Source of the DNA: Pelagomonas calceolata
Lineage: Eukaryota
Direction: 5' to 3'
NCBI GenBank assembly: GCA_918797485.1
Contig: CAKKNE010000005.1
Span: 1,116,001-1,180,000, forward strand
DNA: 64,000 nt
Part shown: positions 20,503 through 31,100 of the stretch, in pieces
Layout of the letters: every line of letters starts with the position of its first letter
How positions within the stretch are numbered: the stretch's first letter is position 1
Program-made: the position numbers and the translations under genes
Notes under the pieces: model-generated
What the model was told of the DNA's origin: nothing
The model's input: the letters and a program-made list of their open reading frames with translations, nothing else
Database searches by the model: none

Positions 20503-20883
20503 TTTTTGACGCGTTCGCGGCGGCGGCGGGCGCGTATTGCTGCACGTCTGGCAACCTCCGGCGTGCTGCGGGCTGCAGACAAATATGTGGCCCCAGCTCG
20601 GGCAGTGTGGGTGCTGCCTGCAGCGGTTTGACGCAACCTCCAGAGGCGCGCCGCAGTAGCAGCGGTCTAGGGCTTGCTCCTCACAGCGTGGGCACGCCGG
20701 TAACGCACGTACAAGTGAAAACACAAAGCAGCCAAAAAAAACGTGCTAGCGTATTGTAAGGCACTAGCAAGCGCAAGCACACTTTGCAGCGGCCGTGTTG
20801 CGCACTATTGATAACTTACGTACAAAGCACTCTCTGGTAAGATCTCAGACAGTACCCGCACCGACCTGAGGAGTCCCGAAGCG

Positions 20884-21806
20884 ATGCCGTCCACCGTACG
20901 CTGCGCTGCACTCCTTGCAGTGCCAGCCGTCTGCGGCCTCGTCGCGCCGCCGACGCGCCCGAGCCGCACACGGCTCCACAGCACCGTAACTCAAGACTTG
21001 GGAACGACCACGGCACCCTTACTAGACGACGCCGCCACCGCGCGCGCCGTCGCCGCAATGCGTGAGGACGCGCGTACAAAGCCACTATCAGACGACGAGC
21101 TGACCTGGTTCGCGCGCGACCGGCGGGGCGACGCCAGGGAGGCGGTCGAGAAGGTTGTACAGTATCTAAGGTGGAGGAAGGACCGGGGCGGCTTAGGTGC
21201 TGACCGAGACGCGTTGATGCGGCGCGCGGCCCCCGAGGCGCGACGACGAGTCGGCTACTTGGCAAGGGAGAAGGACGCGCTCAACCGCCCGACCGTGGTG
21301 GTAGTGGCACGCCGACATGACGCGATGAGGCGGGACCTCAAGGCGTCGCAAGCACTCTGCGTGGCCGTCCTCGAAGACGCCATCGCCGAGGCCGTCAAGG
21401 AGGGCGGCGAGCAGGTTTTGGCGCTCGTGGACCTGCGGCAGGTGGGCCCGCAGAACGTCGACGTGCCTTTTTTACTGTGGCTCATCATGACGCTGCGGAG
21501 CTACTTCCCGAAGCGGCTTGGCCAGGTCGCTCTGGTGGATCCGCCGCCGGTTCTCTTCGAGGCGGTGCGTTTGCAGCGTCCGACGCGTCCCTTCCCCGAT
21601 TGCGAGCGCCGAGTCGCGTCGACGGCGTATGAGCTGCGCGAAACTCGCCTATCGGTACGCCATCGCCGCGACGCGTGAACACACAGGCCTGGAACCTGAT
21701 CAAGGGCGCGGTCGGGCGCCACGCGGACATGGTACGCCTCGTGTCTTCCGCAGACGTGCGGAACGCGTACTTCGCGGGGAAGCGCGTGCCGCCGGACCTA
21801 AGGTGA
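20884..21806 (+). CDS. CRAL-TRIO (Sec14-like) lipid-binding protein, 2 exons (20884-21564, 21687-21806)
   Basis: WFARDR, YLRWR, KDALNRP, LVDL, YFPKRLG..LVDPP; splicing gives FEA|AWNLIK. Confidence 0.88.
21565..21686 (+). other. 122-nt GT-AG intron
   Basis: GTGCGT...ACACAG; restores the CRAL-TRIO C-terminus. Confidence 0.88.
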
Positions 21807-21819
21807 CTTGTTATTAACT

Positions 21820-23793
21820 TTAGACCGCCCCGTAGACGTCCCCGTACAACGCCCTCGACATAACATCGACGAAGGGCTCGGGGTCCGGCAAGGACGAACG
21901 GAGCGAATCTACGATGGACACGTCGTCGCCGGGCCATTTAATACTCAATCTTTTTTCGCTCGGTTGCCGTCGTAGCGCCAGTGCCTTGGAAATGACATCC
22001 GCAGCGACGTCAGCATCGTATTGCCAGGTGCCGTGGCCCCGTTCGCCCAGGTTATGTACTCCTACGTCAGTATCCTTCAAATACTCCACCACGGACGCCG
22101 AAGGGACAATATCATCTTTCGAGCTCAAAAACACGTCGCACTTGCGCCCCCGCAGGTCCTCGACCCAGAGCACGGCCTCCTGCCACCAGAAGCGCTTCCT
22201 CAGACTGAACGAGATGGCCGGGTCCGTCCGCAGGATGTCCAAAATGGGATCCTGCGTCTCCTTAAATAAGAAACCTCTAGAGACATCTGGTAAGTGCAGG
22301 TGGAAGCAAACGGGCTCGATCAGAGCGCACGACGCGACCGTAGAAGGGGCGTACTTCAGCGCGTAGGTAATCGCGACGGTCCCGAAGGAGTGCCCCACCC
22401 AGCAGGCCGCCGGGTCGTCATGTTCAGTTAACATGCGCGACGCCGCCTCACCTAATTCCTTGGGTGACGGGAGTTCTCTACCAAAACGCGTCAAGGCGAG
22501 CGCGGGCAACTCCAACAGGTACATGGGCGCCCCGTCGCTCTCGCACCCGTCGACCAGATCCCCGATGAGGTTGTGATAGGGCAGGAATCCAATCCCAATT
22601 CCGTGCGCGAAGATTAGGGGTGTGGCGCCGTCCACCGGTTCCTGGGCTTCGCGGCGCCAGTAGGTCGATGTGCCCGTCGAGTAGCGCTTGAAGCCCCGCT
22701 TTTTTAACGCCAAAAACTGGGCGTTCTTCGCGGCGTCGACGATGGCGTAGACGAGGAGCGGGTGGTGCTTGCTCGGCGCCGACGCCTGCTGGGCGCACAT
22801 GTACTCGTGTGTTGCATCTCCAGATGGGAAGACAAACGATGTCTGCCGGTCGCTGCTTAGGCGCTCCTCGAGGCGCTCGACCTGCGTTGATTGATACCGT
22901 ATTCGTTCACGAGACGCGTAGACTCTCCGACGGCCACGTCGACGGCGTCGAGGCGACGTGGTCTCATGAAGACGCCACCGCCGCGACCACATCACGTTCA
23001 AGTTCATTTTATGCTCTGACCCACGGACCATCCAGCTCAGCTGCCGCTTCTGGCGATGGTCCGATGCCGCAGCACCAAACACGTTGCCCGACAGCCACGC
23101 CTCGATGTCTCCTCTCGTAAGGGAATCAAATTGTGCACCGTAGAACCAGCCCTCCACATAGGAAACGACGTCGTCGCAGTTCTCCAGACATCGTCGCCAT
23201 AATAACCGCGTGTTCCCGGACGGCGGCGGCACGGTCTCCTTCCCGCCAACGTCGTCCACCACAAACGCGTAGGACCTACTACAAACCTCGGCGAGGGCCC
23301 ACGCCGCCGCGGGCCACGGCGCCGCGCCGGCCGCGCCCAGCGCGAGCAGCGCCACCGATGCCGGTAAAACAGCGTCCATGGCCGCCCGGGCCACGTCGGC
23401 GTGGCCCTCGGCCTGGATGCGCTCCTCGGGCGCCTTGAGGATGTTGTTCTTTTTACCTCGGAGGTTCCGGAGGGACGGCGTCGCCGCTCTCACGTGGTCG
23501 ACGACGTCCGTGAGCTCGTGGAGCGCCTCTTTCGTGACCTCGTGGGTCTTGGCTTTGATCGTCGCGGCGACGGCGCCGACCTGGGCCTTGACCGCTTCCG
23601 GCGACGCCGACGGGTCATTTACAGGAACCGACACGCCGCAGCCGTCGAGGGCGCGGTGCGCTGCGTCTACTACGGCCGTTCGTACCGCCGGGAGGTTCGC
23701 GAGCGTCCGCTGCGCCGCGTTCGTCATTTTGCTCAACGGGGCCGGCGTCCGCAAAGCGGCACACACGCTTATCAAACAAAGAAATCGCATCAT
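21820..23793 (-). CDS. Alpha/beta hydrolase, with a probable in-frame intron 23028-22882
   Basis: PLIFAHGIGIG, GHSFG nucleophile elbow, DDIVP, GHG. Confidence 0.88.
   Translation of the reverse strand: MMRFLCLISVCAALRTPAPLSKMTNAAQRTLANLPAVRTAVVDAAHRALDGCGVSVPVNDPSASPEAVKAQVGAVAATIKAKTHEVTKEALHELTDVVDHVRAATPSLRNLRGKKNNILKAPEERIQAEGHADVARAAMDAVLPASVALLALGAAGAAPWPAAAWALAEVCSRSYAFVVDDVGGKETVPPPSGNTRLLWRRCLENCDDVVSYVEGWFYGAQFDSLTRGDIEAWLSGNVFGAAASDHRQKRQLSWMVRGSEHKMNLNVMWSRRWRLHETTSPRRRRRGRRRVYASRERIRYQSTQVERLEERLSSDRQTSFVFPSGDATHEYMCAQQASAPSKHHPLLVYAIVDAAKNAQFLALKKRGFKRYSTGTSTYWRREAQEPVDGATPLIFAHGIGIGFLPYHNLIGDLVDGCESDGAPMYLLELPALALTRFGRELPSPKELGEAASRMLTEHDDPAACWVGHSFGTVAITYALKYAPSTVASCALIEPVCFHLHLPDVSRGFLFKETQDPILDILRTDPAISFSLRKRFWWQEAVLWVEDLRGRKCDVFLSSKDDIVPSASVVEYLKDTDVGVHNLGERGHGTWQYDADVAADVISKALALRRQPSEKRLSIKWPGDDVSIVDSLRSSLPDPEPFVDVMSRALYGDVYGAV
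22882..23028 (-). other. Probable 147-nt stop-free GT-AG intron
   Basis: GTCCGT...ACGCAG; removal gives LSWM|VERLEE; carries the intron-type CGCCGTCGAC motif. Confidence 0.7.
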
Positions 23794-24010
23794 GACATGT
23801 TACTATGGACACTATGGACACTATTGACAGCGTTTTCGAAGCCTCTATGCTCCTCGGCTTCCCGGACAGCTACCTTTTTTATGCTTCTGACCTCAGCCCA
23901 ACGCAACCGGTCGGTTCCATCCAGCGCGCGCGTGCCGCCCATCAAAGGAGCCGTCGTACTCTCAAATGATCGCTGGCAACGCCCTGCGAGCAGCTCTGTC
24001 CAAACTCGAG

Positions 24011-24031
24011 CTAGCGGCAGTAAGACACTAG
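24011..24031 (+). promoter_or_regulatory. CTAG-GTAAGACA-CTAG upstream motif (representative copy in a divergent gap)
   Basis: CTAGCGGCAGTAAGACACTAG. Confidence 0.7.
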
Positions 24032-24229
24032 CAAATGCAGCAAGGCAGCGGCGGCGCTCAGCGAGTGCTGTAGCAGCGCTTCAAGCAACGGCATCGTAGC
24101 GCTCGTACGCATTGCTTGCACGCGACGCCGCAGCGCATCGCTTCGTAGCGGAGACGCAGGCGGCTGCGGTGCAAAGTAGCAGCAACAAGCAGCACTACAC
24201 GAAAGCGCAGCGCGCCACAACGAGCCACC

Positions 24230-24553
24230 ATGGGCAAGGGCGGCATGGACTACAAGGGCCAGAAGCTCTCGGAACAAATTTATCTAGTACTGATCCCGGC
24301 CGTCGGGTCCGTCGCGTGGGTCTTTGGGTACCTCGCGCAGGACTTCAAAACCACTTTTTATGGGTGGCTCGCCGGTTTAGTATTGGCCATGCTCATCTGC
24401 GTGCCCGACTGGCCCATCTTCAACCGGAATCCCACTCCTTGGTTGGAGGAGATCCCGTCGGCGCGCAAGCAAACGGTGGTCGATGACGACGACGAGGACG
24501 ACGCGCCCGCGAAGGCTACGAAGGCGAAGAAGAAGAAGGGGGGGAAATCGTGA
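24230..24553 (+). CDS. SPCS1: Signal peptidase complex subunit 1 (SPC12)
   Basis: MDYKGQKLSE, two TM helices, VPDWPIFNRNP..W. Confidence 0.95.
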   Translation: MGKGGMDYKGQKLSEQIYLVLIPAVGSVAWVFGYLAQDFKTTFYGWLAGLVLAMLICVPDWPIFNRNPTPWLEEIPSARKQTVVDDDDEDDAPAKATKAKKKKGGKS

Positions 24554-25169
24554 CATAGTCTACTCCTCGCGGAGGCGCCGCATCGGCATGCTTCGGCGTG
24601 ACTAAGGCTCGGGGCGACGGCGTGCGAGGGCCGGGGGCCGGGGGCGGGGTGGGCACTACGCTCAATTTATTATGTCTCCATGCGCCTCCCCGACCGGTCC
24701 CCGAGCAGTACAGCGCCAGGAAGACTCATCCTGGCGCGGTCCCAAAAAAAGTAAGCGGCGCTGTCGGGCCCGGGCGCTGGCATTCTGTTTGCCTGTGTTG
24801 CGCCTCGCCTCGGGCGTGTAGAAGGTAAACCACCACTGCAGAAGGGCCAAGATGGCAGCCCAATCGAGTGCCAGCGGCTCCGGCAGCGATTCCGCCGATG
24901 CGCCAACAAAAAAAAAGAAAAAGCGCAAACGCAAAAAAAAATAAAGCGCTAGCGTCTGTTGAGACACTAGCAAGCAAAAGCCCAGGTTTGGCTGGTGGCC
25001 TAGTTGTGCCTTCCGCACAAGTTCGCCAACGAGCTCGACACGAGCGAGCCACGGACGCCGAGCACGCTGCGCAAGTGTCTGCTGCCCCAAAAAGCAGCAG
25101 GAAGTCCACTGAAGGGCAGCACCAAGCCCACAAAGGCCACCGCCTCCGCGAGGCACGCGACGGCCGAAG

Positions 25170-28100
25170 ATGGACCGTGGCGCTTCGCCACGAACGGGAG
25201 ATGTCGGGAGCGGGCCCGGCGGGACCAAAGATGCGCACAAGAAGGCCTTGGGGCCCCAAGACGGCGGCGGCGGTCCGTCGACGGTAATTGCTTTGGGTGG
25301 AAACGGGTCGGGCTCGTCATATCCGACGAAGCCCGTCGATCTAGATGCTGATACGAAGAAACGTTACCGTCCACGCCATTTCAAACGTGTGAAAGAACGC
25401 CGCAACCGACGTAAGCGTGATCAAGATGAACGCCTTTTCATCAAAGGTCTGAAGGCGAAGGCTACCAACGAAGAGCCGAATCGGAAAGAACGTCGCGAGG
25501 GTGTTCAGGGTTTTAAACCGCCCAAAAAAACAGTAAAATTGAGCGTTCCGCCGCCCAAGACCGTGATCGTAGATGATGGCTCAAACAAGTTTGGCTCTCT
25601 TCGTGTGGAAAGCGAAGTCCCCTCTCTTATTTCTAAGACCACAACCATCTCTACCACTACATCTGTCGAGGAAGACGTTTATTGGTCGCCATGCGAATCT
25701 ACCGATAAACCAGTTATTTCCTACAAAGTAGAAGATCTTGATCCAAAGGATGAACGTGACTCTAAGATTTGCAACGTCGTGCTGCGCGGTAATCACTATA
25801 TTAATAAACAAGAGCGTCGCACGACCTTCGTGGGGGCTCTGAAGACGCACTTCGACGCGCATAAGTCTGGTGATGACGGCCTGTCGAAGAAAGAGGTGAA
25901 CGCCGCGCTCAAGTCCTTTGCCAAGAAAGATAGAACGGGCAAGTTCCGGAAGCTCGAGGAGCTCGAGGCGCTGTTTGGAGACATGGATCTGAACGGCGCG
26001 GGCCGCGTGTCCTACGACGAGCTGACGGACTTCATCGACGACATCGACGCCGACGACATCGGCGCCGGCCGCAATCACCGCGGGAAGGGTGCCGGTGGTA
26101 TCAAAACGATTTACCTAAAAGAAGATCGTGTTCCTAAATTAGATTACATTTACCGTGAAGACCTACAAGTGACTTATTCTCTAAAATTAGGACGGTTGAA
26201 ACTGCGGTTGAAACTGCGATATATAATTCAGCAATTGGCCTTCCGTCGTCAACACAAGGTGTCATTGAAGGTGACCCACCTGATGGCTGAGACCTTCAAA
26301 CACAACTTGATGTTCCTAAACAACATTCCTAACAAAGATGTGGTGGTGTCTCATGGGCTTCTGGCGCTGCCTTCTACTTCCGCCTTCGACGGCGCGGCGA
26401 CTGCTGCGCCCGGCGAGGCGTCCTTCGAGGGCCAGCACGCGGCACTTGCGGCGCTGGGCCAGGCCGTGCTCGCGGCGCTGGGCGTGGCGTTCTTCCAGGG
26501 CTCGACTCCTATCGATGTCGTCGGGGGCTACGTTTTCTCGCTGGACGTCCTCGGCGACGCGCTATCTCTGGACGTGCTGACGAACTCAAATGTGCTTCAC
26601 AAGACGGGCTTCATGGGCGCGGCGCCCACGGTGGTCTTCTTGGGTGGTTCGGAGGGACTCAACGCCCTCTTGCTGGACGCGTCGGCGGCCGCGGCGCTCG
26701 ACGGCGTGTTCAAGGGCCTCTTCGGCGTCGCTGCGCTTCGCGGGCAACCGGTAGTCGTGGGCGCGGCGCCGGACGTGCCATGGTATAATTCTTCGGACGG
26801 CCTAGACGTCTTCTCGGGAAACCTCTGCCAGCGGGCTGGCGGCGCGCGGCTCGTGGGCGCGTTGACGGATTCATTAGATGGGCTACGGACGGCGAGCCTC
26901 GCGGTGGCGGTCGCGGACGCGGCGTGCGTCCAGGGCTCGGCTTCGCTCGACGTCGCGTTGTGTCAGAACTCGCCGCGGGCCGTCGCGCGGCTCGTGGGCG
27001 CGCTCACGGATTCACTAGATGGGCTACGGAAGGCGGGCCTCGCGGCGGCGGTCGCGGACGCGGCGTGCGTCCAGGGCTCGGCTTCGCTCGACGTCGCGTT
27101 GTGTCAGAACTCGCCGCGGGCCGTCGCGCGGCTCGTGGGCGCGTTGACGGATTCATTAGATGGGCTACGGAAGGCGGGCCTCGCGGCGGCGGTCGCGGAC
27201 GCGGCGTGCGTCCAGGGCTCGGCTTCGCTCGACGTCGCGTTGTGTCAGAACTCGCCGCGGGCCGTCGCGCGGCTCGTGGGCGCGTTGACGGATTCACTAG
27301 ATGGGCTACGGAAGGCGGGCCTCGCGGCGGCGGTCGCGGACGCGGCGTGCGTCCAGGACCCGGAGGCAGTCTTGTCCGACAAACCCTTGTTAGCGGAGGC
27401 CATGGAGGAAGATCGACTCGATAGTATGAAAGAGCAAAAAGTGATACAAATATTGGTCATGACCGCCTCGGGCGCGATGCCCTCTGTTTTTGTGAAGCCG
27501 TGGGCGACTGTCGGTGACCTCATGCTCGTGATCCAGCAGATGATGGATGTTCCCCTGTCAAAATATCAGCATCTGCAGTCCATCGGCGGCAGACCGATGC
27601 AAAACGCAGCTTTGCTCCAGCACTACGACATCCAGAATAATTCTACTGTGGTTTTGTCGGAGCCCTGGCCTGGGCATCTTCTAGGAGGCTCGTTGTTGTC
27701 GTTGAAAGAGCTCATTGACAAGGGCAGCCTAAACGTGGGCGACATCATCGTCTTCAGGGAACACAATCACCAAGAGGAAGGCGAACTGCTCGAGAACGGT
27801 TGGATCAGGCACGAGGGCACAGTCTACAAGTCGGCGAGTGCGTTCGTGGGGGCGATGCGCGGGAAACCTTCAAGCGGATATGACTTTCTCTATACGGCTA
27901 CCGGTACGCCGATCCAGTCGCTCCGCAGCGACCCCTCCGACAGTAGCTCGAACGGCGACGACTTGCGCAGCGACTCGAACAGCGACGACGAGGCGCCCCC
28001 GCAGCCGCCTGGGGACCAGCAGCTCGCGGGCCGGCGGCGGCGCCAGCCAACCGAGCGCTTTGATCATCAAACGCAAGTGGGCCAGTATTATGTGAAGCGT

Positions 28101-31100
28101 GGGTCCGCTGTGGGTGGCGCAGACGACGGTGACGACGACGTGGTCATGGAGGACGATGACGAGCAGTCCCAGCTGCAACAAGCTCTGAAAATGTCCATGC
28201 AACCTATGGGAGAGGGATTTGTGGAGGAGACGACCGCGCCGACGCTGCCAGCGACGCCGGGCGCGGCGCCGGACCACGCGCGGCCCGGCGGCGTACCGCC
28301 ACCACCTTCTCTCCCACCGGCGAAGCGCTCGCTCCAACCCGCTTCGCCGACCTCCGGGAATGTCAAAGTGTTCTTCGACGACAACTTCCTGCCTAGCGAG
28401 TCCGTTTTACAGGGACTGAGGAACGCGGGCGTCAGGATAGTGGGTCGGCCGCGCGACGCTACGCATATCGTGTGCGAGGAGCCGCTACGACTTTCGCTTA
28501 CTTTTACCGCTGCCAGCTGCGTCGTGGACCATGCAGTGACGCACGAGTGGGTAGAGGCTACCATCGAGGCCGGTCGCCCCCTAGAGGCGACGAACTACGT
28601 TGTGGACAGCCACGAGCTCGAACAAGATGTTGGATTTAATCTCGCCGATAATTTGAGGCGGAACCGTGAGGCGGTGGACCGCTCGGAATTACGCCTGCTT
28701 CAGGACAAGGTCGTGTGTGTAGATCCGGACTTTCAGTGGCGACGTGATCTATTGGATGATTTGCAGGAGATGATCGACTGCTCTGACGCGATGCGGCTCG
28801 AATTTAGTGATGTGGTCGACTTAGACGGCACCCTACCGCAAGAAGGAGCCATCATCATCTGTAAAGACGACAGTGGGCTAGTAGATGAGGCGATTGTGGA
28901 CGATATCGCGTCCCCAACCACTGTAGTAAAGTACTGGGATCTCTGTGAGTACCTTCTGAGGAGGGCGTACCCCTGGGACGAGGCTACTGGGGATGCGCAA
29001 GCCCCGGGCCAGCCACCGGCGCATGCTCCTCCTAGAGATGTAGAGGACTGGCGCTCTTTGATGGGCGCTACGGTTGTAACACCTGAAGGCAGCAATGGGC
29101 GCTGTGTTGCGCTCCACGTGGACTCATCCTCCGAAGAAGATCGGGAGCTCAGCGAATTAAGATGGGAGGCAGGAGGTTTCATAGAAGAAGGTTTGCTTCG
29201 TAGAAATGTTGGATTCGTCGAGTTCGAGGCCGTGTCGCCCAGCGATGGCTTGCCCCACGTCTTGCGCTGGGATGGTGCACCGAAGCCTAATGTGAGGGGG
29301 ACGTTCGACGTGGTTTTCGCCGACGGCACTCCAGCGACCGTCGATCGTATTATGACCTGGCTCAGACCTGACCAGTGGAGCTCTTTATCTCGGTTGCCGG
29401 ATGGGTGCTGGTGCCGCCCTCTAGCGAGGGAGCCCCAGGATGAATGGGGACGGATCGTGGGGACCCTGAGGTCGCCCGATCCAGGTCTACTTTATGAGGT
29501 TCGCATGCAAAACGAGGAACGATCTATTAGTGTGATGGAGAGCTCACTGGTTCCCATCGTCCTGGTCCGAGATACTACCGGGCATTTGTCGCCCTACGCC
29601 GTGTCGGCGCTACGGCGCCCCGCTTCGCAAGGGGCTGATGGCGGGGACGTCCAAACTGGCGGAGATCCGAGTCCGCCACCGGCTCCACCTGCTCCGCGGG
29701 AGGCACTGCCAGAGGAAGCTGGCAATTGGCCAAAAGCTTTCATTGAACTGCTGCGCGAGAAGAAGGTGAAGTGCAAATTTAAGAGTCCGAATCCCAAGCG
29801 CGGAGCAAGTGCTGCTCGCTATGATGGGTATATGCGCGCCACCAATATCGGGGATTATTACGACATCTTCCGCGGCAACATGAGTGATCTGCGGAACGAT
29901 ATCACTAAGGGCTACTGCCAGCTCGACAAATCGGAGCGCGACGACGCGTGGCTCGAGTACTTGGAGTCGGGCGAGGACTTACAGTCGAAGGCCGAGAAGC
30001 CGAAGGCCAAGAAGCCGAAGGCCAAGCCCGCCGCTAAATCGGGCGCCGGCGCCGAGGACACTACTGATGAGGACATGTTTGGCACAAATACGACCCCTCC
30101 GGCAGAGCCCCTCGTACTGCCACCTGACTGGAACGAGAGCAAGCAGCGGGCCAAGGACCCTGAGTTGGAAGCAGCGGTGTGTGCGCTGGGCGCCGCCCTC
30201 ACGGGCAAGACGAGCTTTACTAAGGAATGGGACCTACTCTTGAAGCATCGCTGTTATTGTTTTTATATTCACGAGGACGATCCAGCTAATAAAGCAGTGA
30301 AGAACCTCGAAGTGCCGATCGGTTGGCCGTCATACAAGGAGTTCAGCAAGAGCCCCAAGAAGAATAAACCTTCCAGCCTGAGGTTGTTGCGCCAATACCT
30401 CAAGTATGCACTGCAACTCGCGAAGGAAGGCGACAAATACTGCCTAGACGACGAGCAGAGCGAAAGCAATCGCTTTTGGCCGGAGGAGCGGGAGAAATTT
30501 CACGGGGCCATGGCGACGCTCAACATAAATCGGAGTGGGCGCGGCTTATCGAGGGAGGACTGCCGCCGGATCGCGGAGCACCTACCCAACAAAACACCTC
30601 AGCAGGTCCATGCGCACGCTTGTTCTTACTTCAGCTCCTTCGATGCGGAAGCGCAAGCTATTGAAAAGCTCACTAGTACTGGCGACTCCTACGTGAAGTC
30701 CGTCTTGGGCACGGACACCATCAACACGTCTGAGCTCCTCTTCTGCATCATCTCCACAGGCCGGTGGATCGATGCCAAATTCATTGAATTGAGACTGTCA
30801 AAAGCTGGCCTAGAAGCGTCACAAATACTGTGGGTTGTGGGCACCCCGGAAGAAGTGGCCAAGTACAAGTCGCAATGCTCTGGTGAAGTAGTAGTAGGAG
30901 GCGGTCTCTCTGCGTCGAGAAACAAAGCTCTAGAAACGGCCCGAGCCCGCAACCGCGTGTGCGTGCAACTGAGGGACAGTGTTTGGAAGTGCGTGGTAAT
31001 ACAGGAGGGGCCTGAGGAGGGCGGGTCGCTAGCTGATTTCTACAACAAGAACGGTCTGTGGAAAGAGCCACCGAGTCTGGAGGCGGCCAATACCACGGGC

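Noticed and set aside
26290..26900. Possible mitochondrial nad11-derived segment in the giant ORF
   Set aside because: Only a vague impression; no diagnostic motif could be confirmed by eye
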